Assembly (NCBI GenBank): GCA_965248695.1
Contig: CBDFKD010000002.1
Coordinates: forward strand, 1,792,001 to 1,856,000
Source: Acidobacteriota bacterium
Lineage (GTDB): Bacteria > Acidobacteriota > UBA890 > WLXD01
Length of the DNA stretch: 64,000 bases
Reading direction: 5' to 3'
Below are positions 1 to 8,671 of this stretch, piece by piece. The translations under genes and the position numbers were made by a program. The notes beneath the pieces are model-generated. The model was not told the DNA's origin and did not search any database. It worked only from the letters and a program-made list of their open reading frames with translations. How positions within the stretch are numbered: position 1 is the first letter of the stretch; each line of letters starts with the position of its first letter.

Positions 1-516
1 TACAACCGCTACGTACATCCGTCATCGCGCTTCTACATCGTCGGAGGCGGGAAGGGTCTCGAGGCCTACACGAAGGCGCTCATGGACCTGTTCCGACAGC
101 TCGAGCTGAACGAGCGTGTGGTGTTTCTCGGGCGGGTCTCGCATCGGGATCTGGTGACGCTCTATCGGGCCGCCGACGCCTACCTCTGTACCAGCGCGCA
201 CGAGGGCTTCTGCGCACCTCTGGTGGAAGCGATGCACTTTGGGGTTCCGATTCTGGCGCGTCACGCTACCGCGATCCCGGAAACGCTCGGAGATGCAGGC
301 GTGACCTACGAGGACGATGATCCGGCCCGCGTCGCCGAAGCACTGTGGGTGCTGACCCACGATCGGTCGCTGCGCGCCCGACTGCAGCGGAACGCCCGAG
401 TGCGAGTCTCGCACTTCGCACCGAAGGTTGTCATCCCGCGCTGGATAGCGGTGCTCAGCGAGCTCGCTGGCCGACCGGATGCCACGTCCTCAGCAGCGCC
501 GGAGGCGGTGTCGTGA
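1..516 (+). CDS. Glycosyltransferase family 4, C-terminal part (runs off the left edge)
   Basis: Frame is open from base 1; GT4 motif SAHEGFCAPLVEAMHFGVPIL; stop overlaps the next GTG start. Confidence 0.85.
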   Translation, partial: YNRYVHPSSRFYIVGGGKGLEAYTKALMDLFRQLELNERVVFLGRVSHRDLVTLYRAADAYLCTSAHEGFCAPLVEAMHFGVPILARHATAIPETLGDAGVTYEDDDPARVAEALWVLTHDRSLRARLQRNARVRVSHFAPKVVIPRWIAVLSELAGRPDATSSAAPEAVS

Positions 517-1682
517 AGCTGACCCTGGTCGTGCAGCGCTACGGCACCGACGTCGTCGGGGGAGCGGAGAGACTGTGCCGTGGAGTCGCCGAGGGGCTGG
601 CGGCACGGCACGACGTAGAGGTCCTGACCTCCTGCGCGCAGTCCTACCGAACCTGGGCCAATCACTATCCCGCCGGAAGAGAGAGCCTGAACGGCGTACG
701 CGTGAACCGATTCCGCACCGAGTGCGAGCGCCACATGCCGGACTTCAACGCGCTTTCGAACGAGCTCTTCTCCGGCTCGCACACTCCCGCCGACGAGATC
801 GCCTGGATCGACGCACAGGGCCCGTTCGTGCCGGCGCTCGTCGACCACCTGCATGCGAGTAGCGCCGACGCCGACGCTTTGCTGTTCTTCACGTATCTCT
901 ACTATCCGACGGTACACGGCGTTCATGCCGCTCCTGAGAAGAGCGTTCTGGTGCCGACGGCACACGATGAGGCACCCTTTTACCTGGACGCGTACGAGGC
1001 GGTGTTCAGGCTACCAGCCGGCCTAGCCTTCAACACCGAGGCGGAGGCCAAGCTCGTCCGCGGCCGCTTTCCCGACGCCCAGCCCGAAACGCGCGTCATC
1101 GGCGTCGGAGTGGAGGATATGGACCTCCTCGAGACTGCTCGGAAGACAGCCAGACCGACAGACGGGCCAGTCCTCCTGTATGCCGGGCGCATCGAAGACG
1201 GCAAGGGGGTCGGCGAGCTGATCGCTCATGTACGACGATACCGCAACGAAAACGGCGCGACTCCAACACTTTGGCTGATGGGCGAGACGGCGATGGAGCT
1301 ACCGGATGAGCCGTGGATCAGGGCGCTAGGCTTCGTATCGCACGAAGAGAAGCGCCGCCGGCTCGCCGAGGCCACGGTTCTGGTAGCACCGTCGGCGCTG
1401 GAGAGCTTCGGCATCGTGCTGCTGGAGGCCGGCGTGGCGGGCACCCCGGTGCTGGCGAATGCTCTCAGCGGCGCCTACCTGGAGCATTGCCAGCAAGGTC
1501 GCGGCGGCCTTTGGTACCACAACTACGCCGAGTTCAGCGAGGCACTCGACCTGTTGTTGAAGAACTCCACGCTGCGATCGTCGCTGGCGAGAGAAGGGGC
1601 ACGCTACGCTCGCGCGCACTACTCATGGGACGCCATCGCGGCGAAGTACGACTCGTTCCTGGGCGAGCTACTGCTGCACTGA
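513..1682 (+). CDS. Glycosyltransferase family 4
   Basis: GTGA overlap at 513-516; N-terminal VVQRYG..VGGAE; C-terminal PSALESFGIVLLEAGVAGTPV. Confidence 0.88.
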   Translation: MKLTLVVQRYGTDVVGGAERLCRGVAEGLAARHDVEVLTSCAQSYRTWANHYPAGRESLNGVRVNRFRTECERHMPDFNALSNELFSGSHTPADEIAWIDAQGPFVPALVDHLHASSADADALLFFTYLYYPTVHGVHAAPEKSVLVPTAHDEAPFYLDAYEAVFRLPAGLAFNTEAEAKLVRGRFPDAQPETRVIGVGVEDMDLLETARKTARPTDGPVLLYAGRIEDGKGVGELIAHVRRYRNENGATPTLWLMGETAMELPDEPWIRALGFVSHEEKRRRLAEATVLVAPSALESFGIVLLEAGVAGTPVLANALSGAYLEHCQQGRGGLWYHNYAEFSEALDLLLKNSTLRSSLAREGARYARAHYSWDAIAAKYDSFLGELLLH

Positions 1683-1687
1683 GGCGC

Positions 1688-2128
1688 TTAGCGGCGCTCG
1701 AGCCATCGATCCAGAGTCAGCCTGTCTTCGGCCCGTGGCGCCCACAGCAAGACGAGCACCATCATCGCCCTGGGCACGACATGGGCGTTGAACGGATACA
1801 ACGGCTCCGCCAGCAAATGACCGAAGGTCACCGTCACCAGGACGCCAGCAAGCGCGAGCAACGCCATTCGGACGCGAAAACCCGCGATCAGAAGCGCCCC
1901 GGCGACCAGCTCGACGACCGGGATGGTGACACCGGCAACCCACAGCGACCACGGTGGCAGGAACGAGTCGTCGTAGCCGCTGACGAAGAACTGGCGGGCG
2001 TGCTCAACGGGTCCGAGATCGAAGACCTTCCAGGCACCCGCCATGAAGAAGATCAAGCCGAGCAGCACCCGGACGAAGAGCAAAGCCCAGGCGCGATCAG
2101 ACATCAGCCCCTCGTCGGCATCCGGCAT
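1688..2128 (-). CDS. DoxX-family membrane protein
   Basis: LFVRVLLGLIFFMAGAWKV, ELVAGALLIAGFRVR and C-terminal LTLD; about 4 hydrophobic segments; start could be 2104. Confidence 0.8.
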   Translation of the reverse strand: MPDADEGLMSDRAWALLFVRVLLGLIFFMAGAWKVFDLGPVEHARQFFVSGYDDSFLPPWSLWVAGVTIPVVELVAGALLIAGFRVRMALLALAGVLVTVTFGHLLAEPLYPFNAHVVPRAMMVLVLLWAPRAEDRLTLDRWLERR

Positions 2129-2140
2129 GATCGGCGCACG

Positions 2141-2176
2141 AAAAACGGGGCGCGACTCGCGTGAGTCGCGCCCCGT
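2141..2176 (-). terminator. Intrinsic terminator after the TonB/TPR operon
   Basis: 14-bp perfect stem ACGGGGCGCGACTC / GAGTCGCGCCCCGT with a 4-nt loop, followed by a T-run on the minus strand. Confidence 0.8.
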
Positions 2177-2204
2177 AGATCCAACGCTGGCTTACCGGTA
2201 GCCG

Positions 2205-3323
2205 CTAGCTACCCGCCGCCTGCCGGCGAATGCGTTCCTTGACGCGGTCGATGGCCTCGGTGGTCTTCGACTGCGCCGAGATCGAGGCGGAATCCTCGAG
2301 GGCCGCAAGGGCATCCTCGAAACTGCCTACCTTCTCGTACATGAATCCGAGGTCGTACAGGCAATCGGCGCGGATCGGACTGCCACCCGCGAGATACCTG
2401 AGAGCGTTGCTGTATGACGAGATCGCCTGAGCATCATTGCCGGCAGCGCCGTAGGCCTGACCGAGGTTGTAGTGCGCGTTGCCGTTCGAACCGCGCGACT
2501 GGACGACCTGCGACAGCTGTGCGATCGCCTCGTTGTAGCGACTCGACCCGAGGTACGCGCGCCCCATCATGTTGCGAATCTGCATATTCTGCGGATCACG
2601 CTGCACGGCTTGCTCGAGATAACGCACCGCCTGCGGCCAGTTGGCCTCGTTCAGGTAGAGGCGCCCGAGGTTGGTGATCGCGCTTGCGTTGGAACGGTCC
2701 AGCGTGAGCGTCTTTTCGAACCATGTCCGCGCCTGATCCGAATCGCCCGATTCCATGTATGCGCGGCCGAGCTTGCCCGCAACATCCGCATCGGTGTTCC
2801 GACCCGTCGCGGCATCACCCAGATGGCGGATGGCGTTGCGCCAGTCTTCCTTGAAGTAGTACGCCTGCCCGAGCGTCTTGGAGTGAACGGCGCGCTGACT
2901 CGCGGTGGTCGCGTACTTTCCAGCCTCGTTCTCCGCGGCGATGGCGCGATCGTAGTCGCCCGAGTTGCCGCGAGCGACGTAAACCTGCGCCAGGCTGTTG
3001 TTGGCCGACCAGCGCTCTGAATCCTCCGAGATCAGCTCGAGGGCGGTCTGCAGCTCGGAGATCGCCTCGTCACGCTGTCCGCGCTGGCCGAGACAGACGC
3101 CAAGGACCATATGCAACCAACCCCAGCGGTCGTACGCCTCGCCACCAGCGGAGAGGGCACCGCGCATGTTGTCGATGCAGCCGCGGAAGTCTTCGCTCTG
3201 AAGGGATTGTTGTCCCGCGCGCCAGAGCGCGTCGGGGTCCTGAGCCAATGCCGTAGACGGCCACGCCAGCGCGGTCACGATCAACAGCAAAGGCAGAACC
3301 TGCGAGATTCTTCGAGTATTCAT
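2205..3323 (-). CDS. Secreted/periplasmic TPR protein
   Basis: Signal peptide ending ALA-Q; multiple TPR motifs (NAHYNLGQAY, LYDLGFMYEK). Confidence 0.85.
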   Translation of the reverse strand: MNTRRISQVLPLLLIVTALAWPSTALAQDPDALWRAGQQSLQSEDFRGCIDNMRGALSAGGEAYDRWGWLHMVLGVCLGQRGQRDEAISELQTALELISEDSERWSANNSLAQVYVARGNSGDYDRAIAAENEAGKYATTASQRAVHSKTLGQAYYFKEDWRNAIRHLGDAATGRNTDADVAGKLGRAYMESGDSDQARTWFEKTLTLDRSNASAITNLGRLYLNEANWPQAVRYLEQAVQRDPQNMQIRNMMGRAYLGSSRYNEAIAQLSQVVQSRGSNGNAHYNLGQAYGAAGNDAQAISSYSNALRYLAGGSPIRADCLYDLGFMYEKVGSFEDALAALEDSASISAQSKTTEAIDRVKERIRRQAAGS

Positions 3324-3416
3324 GGGTCACCTGTTAACGGTCGGGCTCCTCGCCACAAGGATCTATTGTAGCGGGGAGCCCGTGTACCTAGCCAGGGAGC
3401 CGCTCGCCCGGCGCGG

Positions 3417-4157
3417 CTACTGGAGCTGGAACTGCACCGTTACCGTCAGCAGAATCTCTACTGGACGGCCATTGTAGAACGTTGGTGTGTACAGCCACTC
3501 GGACACTGCTTTGACCGCCGACTCATCGAGGCCGAGGCCGAGCCCGCGCAGCACGTTCACGTTCGTTACTGATCCTTCGCGGTCGATCGTCGCTTCGAGG
3601 ATGACCACACCGGCAAGTCGAGCACGACGCGCCAGTTCAGGGTACTCGGGCGAGATGTAATGAATGCGCTCAGGCGCCTGGATGTCGCCGCCAACACGCA
3701 TCGGTCCCTGATCGATCACCGGCGGACCTCCCACCGGACCGCCAACCATGAAGTCCGTGTCGACGCGCTCCTCCTCCATCTCGATGTACTCGACCTCGGC
3801 CTCGACGATCGGCTCTGGATCATCCGGCGTCGGATCGGGAATCGGCACGCGCGCGGTCTTCTTCTTTACGACCTTTTTCTCCGGCTGCTGCTTCGGCGGC
3901 TCCGGCGGCTTGTAGCGCTTGATCACTACCGCTTCGCGCGCCTGCTCGGTGGCCTCGCTGCCGCCGAACTCCGGGAAGACCATCACGAACAACAGAAAGT
4001 GGACCATCAGAGCACCCATCCAAGCCACCTTCAGCGGCTGGGCGGATTCCTTCTCGAGCGATGCTCCGAGAGCCATCGAGCGCAGGGGGGCAGCGTCGGA
4101 TGGTTGCGGCCTGCTGGCTTCTTCAGCCCTCTTGCCTTCGTCGTCCATCGTCGTCAA
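3417..4157 (-). CDS. tonB: Energy transducer TonB
   Basis: TM anchor with His, Pro/Lys/Glu-rich linker, TonB_C motif PEYPELARRARLAGVVILEATIDREG; start may be ATG 4148. Confidence 0.88.
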   Translation of the reverse strand: MTTMDDEGKRAEEASRPQPSDAAPLRSMALGASLEKESAQPLKVAWMGALMVHFLLFVMVFPEFGGSEATEQAREAVVIKRYKPPEPPKQQPEKKVVKKKTARVPIPDPTPDDPEPIVEAEVEYIEMEEERVDTDFMVGGPVGGPPVIDQGPMRVGGDIQAPERIHYISPEYPELARRARLAGVVILEATIDREGSVTNVNVLRGLGLGLDESAVKAVSEWLYTPTFYNGRPVEILLTVTVQFQLQ

Positions 4158-4164
4158 CCCCGGC

Positions 4165-4599
4165 TCAAAGAATGTTGCCCCACGAGGCCTTCTCGGCCGC
4201 CGTGGGAATAGAGATGTTCTTCACCTGCGCCTGCTTGAGCTCGTCGAAGGCATTGACCATGCACTTATACGGAGCCTCAGGATCCGGATCGATGATGACG
4301 AACTTGTTCGGATTCCTGGCCAGCTTGGGCTCGATGTAGATCTGAATGTCGCCCAGGCTCATCTGTTCCCGATCGACCTCGTAGACACAGTCGGCTCCCG
4401 CCGGGATCACATGGATGTGGATCGCCTCCTCCTGACTCGAGTCAGGAGGTGTGTCCTGGTTCTTCGGCAGCTGGAACTCCAAGCCGCGCGTGACCGAGAA
4501 CACCGAAGTGATCATGAAGAACACGATCAGCAGGAAGGCAATATCGGCCATCGAAGCCGTCGGGATCTCGACGTCGCTTCCCTTCTTCTTGAGCTTCAC
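4165..4599 (-). CDS. exbD: Biopolymer transporter ExbD/TolR
   Basis: IPTASMADIAFLLIVFFMIT TM motif with conserved Asp. Confidence 0.88.
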   Translation of the reverse strand: MKLKKKGSDVEIPTASMADIAFLLIVFFMITSVFSVTRGLEFQLPKNQDTPPDSSQEEAIHIHVIPAGADCVYEVDREQMSLGDIQIYIEPKLARNPNKFVIIDPDPEAPYKCMVNAFDELKQAQVKNISIPTAAEKASWGNIL

Positions 4600-4611
4600 A
4601 ACCTCCCCCCT

Positions 4612-5031
4612 TTATTCAACGCCTTCTTGCTGCGTCAGCATGGCGATGTTGCGGACGGATGCCTGTCGCAGCTGCTCCATCACCTGGTCGATGAACTGGT
4701 ACTGCGCGTCGCCGTCGGCTTTGACGATGAACCACATGAGTGAGTTCTTCTCGATCACGAAAGCGGCCGCCGGTAGCACGTCGCTCATGTTGATTACGTG
4801 GCTCTGCTCGGTGCCATCCGAGAAGTGCACCACTCCGTCCCGTTCGACCGCGACAACCGCCGCGTCCTTGGGAACCTCGACTCGTTCGAGGCTCGTCGGG
4901 AGAGCCACGGCAGTTCGGTCGACGGTGATGCTCGTCGTGATCATGAAGAACACGATCAGCAGAAAAGCAATATCCGCCATCGATGCAGTCGGAATCATGG
5001 AGTCCGACCGTTTCGGCTGTCTTAGTCGCAT
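4612..5031 (-). CDS. exbD: Biopolymer transporter ExbD/TolR (second copy)
   Basis: IPTASMADIAFLLIVFFMITT; IVKADGDAQY motif. Confidence 0.9.
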   Translation of the reverse strand: MRLRQPKRSDSMIPTASMADIAFLLIVFFMITTSITVDRTAVALPTSLERVEVPKDAAVVAVERDGVVHFSDGTEQSHVINMSDVLPAAAFVIEKNSLMWFIVKADGDAQYQFIDQVMEQLRQASVRNIAMLTQQEGVE

Positions 5032-5080
5032 AGGACCACCTTGCTCCGTTGCGCCTGAGGGGAAGCGCTATGTGTCGGAG

Positions 5081-5716
5081 CTACTCCGAGTCCATCTCGG
5101 CATACGTCTCGAGCAAGACGTTTGCTGCCGTCTCCATCTCGAGCACGAACTTGCCGACCACACCCGTGAAGTAGTTGAACGCGATCAGTACCGGCACGGC
5201 AACCACCAGACCGCCCGCGGTGGTGATCAGCGCCTCGGAAATACCCTTGGCAACCAAACCCGGGTTGGACAGACCGGCACGTGCGAGTGCATCGAACGAG
5301 TTGATCATACCCGAGACGGTGCCGAGGAAGCCAACGAGCGGCGCCGTGTTGGCCACCGTTGCCAGCACACCGAGACCACGCTCGAGGCGATGCAGCTCGT
5401 GCGCCGAGGCCGACTCGATGGTGCGCTCGATCTCCTCTTGGGGACGTCCGTGCTTGATCAGACCCGCTTTCATGATGTTAGCGATCGGGCCCTGATACTC
5501 CTCACAGACCGTGATCGCTTCCTTCACGTTGCGCCGCTTGAGGAGCGCCGTCCGGATCCTGCCGATGAACTCCTGGGTGTTCACGCGCGCCTTCCACATG
5601 GCGTAGAAACGCTCGATGACGAACACCAAGCCCACCAGCGAGAACAAGAGCAACACGTGCATGAACGGGCCGCCCTGGTTGTATAGGCGGAACAGGTTTC
5701 CCGCAGTGAAACTCAC
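5081..5716 (-). CDS. exbB: MotA/TolQ/ExbB proton channel protein
   Basis: APLVGFLGTVSGMI and GISEALITTAGGLVVAVP motifs; SD GGAGG before GTG. Confidence 0.92.
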   Translation of the reverse strand: MSFTAGNLFRLYNQGGPFMHVLLLFSLVGLVFVIERFYAMWKARVNTQEFIGRIRTALLKRRNVKEAITVCEEYQGPIANIMKAGLIKHGRPQEEIERTIESASAHELHRLERGLGVLATVANTAPLVGFLGTVSGMINSFDALARAGLSNPGLVAKGISEALITTAGGLVVAVPVLIAFNYFTGVVGKFVLEMETAANVLLETYAEMDSE

Positions 5717-5866
5717 GTCAGCTTCCTCCCGTTGAAAAACTTCAAGTAGCCCGCAACAAGCGCGCGTGGCGAGCTGCGCTGTGGCGATTCGCCCCGAGGA
5801 TTCGCAAAAGCCGTCTCGGCGCTTCCCCGACGGCCAAACACTGCGTCTGCCTGGGATTGGATCGAG

Positions 5867-5896
5867 CTTTTAGCACGTAGTCGAAAACACTGTCAA
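5867..5896 (-). promoter_or_regulatory. Putative sigma-70 promoter of the exbB operon
   Basis: TTGACA-N18-TAAAAG with extended -10 TG on the minus strand. Confidence 0.5.
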
Positions 5897-6028
5897 CAAC
5901 GAGGCATTCGACGGCGTCGGTTCGAACAGCCGTGATCGCCGGTTTCAGGCCGGCTACCAGGCGAATCCGGAAAGCGTGCCCGACCGGCCTTGGCTCCGTC
6001 TGAGCCCGCGCTGACCGCCCCAGTCGGC

Positions 6029-7309
6029 CTATTCGGCGAAATAACCAGGACGCGACCGGACCTGTCTCTTCGTGTCCGATCCGCGAACTACGACAAGGAT
6101 TTCGACCTCCCTCCATTCGCCCGAGCCACCCGCGGACCGCGGTTCGTAGGTGAGCCGGTACTGCTGTCGAAGGTCATCGGTGATCGTGTCATAGACCTTG
6201 CGCGGATCGCCCATCGTGCTCAGATGCAGCACACGACCGCCAGTCGCCTCGGCCAACTTCTGCAGCACCCAGCGCTCGAAAAAGTAACGCGGGGTCACAC
6301 CGACACCAATCGGATAGACGGCGACCTCGGCCTGTTGAGCGGCGCGGATCGCGTCGTCAAGGTCGGCCATGCTGTTGGCATCGTGCCCGTCCGTCAGCAC
6401 GACCAGGGCACGCCTTCCGGTGTGGCCGACGAACTCATTCGTCGCCGCGATAATCGAGTCATACAAGCGCGTGTAGCGACCCGCGGTGATCAGATCCAGC
6501 GACGCTGACAGCCGAGGCACGTCGTCGGTGAACTCCTGCAGAACTGCCGGCAGATCCGAAAACGACATCACGAAGGCCTTGTCGTGCGGCTGCTGCATCA
6601 ACCCGTCGATGAAACCACCAGCAGTCTCGAGTGCGTAACCAAGACGCTCGACCATGCTGCCGCTGCAATCCACCAGGAGTCCAATCGAAAGCGGCAGATT
6701 GCTGCTGTGCTCGACCTCGAGGATCGGTTGCTCGACGCCGTCTTCGGTGACCAGAAACTCGCTCGAGTCCAAAGGCCTCTCAGGTAGACGTTTGCCGTCG
6801 ACGTGGACGTACATCTCGACGCGCTCCACCCTGCTGGTAAAGCGGCTCGTCAGGCTGACGTCGGGCGGCGCAGCAGTTTCCATCGCGGCCTCCACGATCC
6901 TTCCTGACGGCCCGTAAGCGCGCGCCACGATACGGTGCGCCCTCAGCTCCCGCGTTCGCCAGACGAGCTCGTACGGGGCCGTCGCGTCGGAGAACAGCAA
7001 CCTGCCGTCCACCTCGAACTCCACGAAGAGCACCTCGTCCGGTCGATCGGCATCGACCTCCGCCCGTAGCTCGACCCGGCCGAGAACGTGTTCACCGGAT
7101 AGCGGCGCCGTAAGGCGGACCGCGAAGTCGCGGAGCGGCTCGGTCGAACCGCGCGACGGATCCTGGATCTGCGCGCTAGGTGCCGGCGTGGCGTCGCCGG
7201 TGCGCGCCGCCGGTGTTGCCACCGCCACGCCACAGGTCAACGCGCCGGCGCTGCAAGCCCTCGCCAGTCGCGACCGGCCGAGGCACCGCGCGATCGACTC
7301 GAATCCCAT
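6029..7309 (-). CDS. VWA-domain protein (acidobacterial type) with N-terminal Ig-like domain
   Basis: MIDAS LLVDCSGSM, TRLYDSI, VVLTDGHD; FLVTEDGVEQPI; C-terminal LRQQYRLTYEP...VRSRPGYFA; Ig-like VEFEVDGRLL..APYE. Confidence 0.85.
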   Translation of the reverse strand: MGFESIARCLGRSRLARACSAGALTCGVAVATPAARTGDATPAPSAQIQDPSRGSTEPLRDFAVRLTAPLSGEHVLGRVELRAEVDADRPDEVLFVEFEVDGRLLFSDATAPYELVWRTRELRAHRIVARAYGPSGRIVEAAMETAAPPDVSLTSRFTSRVERVEMYVHVDGKRLPERPLDSSEFLVTEDGVEQPILEVEHSSNLPLSIGLLVDCSGSMVERLGYALETAGGFIDGLMQQPHDKAFVMSFSDLPAVLQEFTDDVPRLSASLDLITAGRYTRLYDSIIAATNEFVGHTGRRALVVLTDGHDANSMADLDDAIRAAQQAEVAVYPIGVGVTPRYFFERWVLQKLAEATGGRVLHLSTMGDPRKVYDTITDDLRQQYRLTYEPRSAGGSGEWREVEILVVVRGSDTKRQVRSRPGYFAE

Positions 7310-7361
7310 CGCTCTCCGCTACACCTGTCTTCGAGCTACCCCACCGATGATGGCGAGCCCG

Positions 7362-8504
7362 TCAGCTGATACCGTCCCGCGACTTGCCCGCCACGCTGAC
7401 ACGATTGGCCTCTTCGAGGCGCCCCTGCGCCCGGTACACGCGCGCCAGCAGGTACCGCGGCTCGGCGTAGTCGTGCTTCAGGGCAATCGCTCGCTCGAAA
7501 GGCTTGATCGACCCTTCGATATCGCCCGCCTGATACTTCGCCAGGCCGAGGTGATAGTGCACGAACGGATTGCTCTTCTGCAGCTCGATGGCGCGCTCGT
7601 ACCACTGCACTGCAAGATCGAACTCACCGCGACGGAGGTAGAGGTTGCCCAGATTGTGACGTGGTGCCGCGAATTCGCCGTCCGACACGAGCGCCGCCCG
7701 GTACGCCCTCTCGGCTGCGTCGTCGTCGCCCAGGCGACTCGCGGCGACTCCACTGTTGTTCTCGGCGCGGGCGAAGCCCGGCATCACCCGGGTCGACATC
7801 TCGAAGTCCTGCAAGGCCCGCTCCCAGGGGATCTCGTCGCCGGCTCCCTGGGCGACGCTGATCGTCTCGTAGCCGCGGTTGTTGTAAAAGTGGGCCAATG
7901 CCTCGAGGTCATCGATGACCCGAAAGGTCCGATAGTTGGAGATCTCGCCGGTAAAATCGACCAGCGACCAGCCGCGGTCGGTATGCACCGTGGCGGCGAT
8001 ATGTCCCGTATCGACGATCAGCTCATCGGCCCGCAGCAAGTCGTTGATACGGTCCGAGGCATCGACGTAGTACGCCGTGAGTCCGACGGCGCGGGCAAGC
8101 CCGATATATAGCGAGGTCAAAGACAGGCAGTTGCCATGACCGTTGGCTACGGTTTCCGGCGCCGTCGTGGTGGTTACGCGTTCGTAGGTCAAGCCGAATT
8201 GCTGTCGGTTGGTGATCGCCCCTACCAGGAGGTCGGCGCGCACGCTGTCGTTCATCGATCCGTCGACATACTCCAGGGCTCTCGCAACCAGCTCGGGGGT
8301 CGCCTGGAAAGGCACCACGATGTCGCGAATTCGCTCCGTGCCGACGCGCGAGGCAATAGCAGATTTCAGATCGTGAGGCGTGTACGCCAGACGTCGGCTG
8401 TTGCCGCAGCCGGCAAGCAGCAGCATGGCTGCCACGGCAACCGCCGCACCGGGCAGCAAGACCGGGCGCCGTAAGGTGCGCAAGGCTCTACGCCTATCAG
8501 GCAT
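7362..8504 (-). CDS. Lipoprotein with transglutaminase-like domain and TPR repeats
   Basis: Lipobox LLLAGC; GNCLSLTSLYIGLARAVGL, TGHIA and LVDF form a Cys-His-Asp triad; C-terminal TPRs; SD GGAGGG before ATG 8504. Confidence 0.78.
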   Translation of the reverse strand: MPDRRRALRTLRRPVLLPGAAVAVAAMLLLAGCGNSRRLAYTPHDLKSAIASRVGTERIRDIVVPFQATPELVARALEYVDGSMNDSVRADLLVGAITNRQQFGLTYERVTTTTAPETVANGHGNCLSLTSLYIGLARAVGLTAYYVDASDRINDLLRADELIVDTGHIAATVHTDRGWSLVDFTGEISNYRTFRVIDDLEALAHFYNNRGYETISVAQGAGDEIPWERALQDFEMSTRVMPGFARAENNSGVAASRLGDDDAAERAYRAALVSDGEFAAPRHNLGNLYLRRGEFDLAVQWYERAIELQKSNPFVHYHLGLAKYQAGDIEGSIKPFERAIALKHDYAEPRYLLARVYRAQGRLEEANRVSVAGKSRDGIS

Positions 8505-8671
8505 CGGAACGTCCCTCCGGGATGGGCCACGAGAGCGACGGATCGGATGCGGCCAGCGCACCCTGGTCGGCAACCAGTGTTGCGCCAGCGCGGTTCCGAA
8601 AGGATCGCCCGTCGCGGCAGCCCTATGAGGGTAGCCCGCCGCGGCAGCTCGGCGCCACGGCGTCGGTGTCG

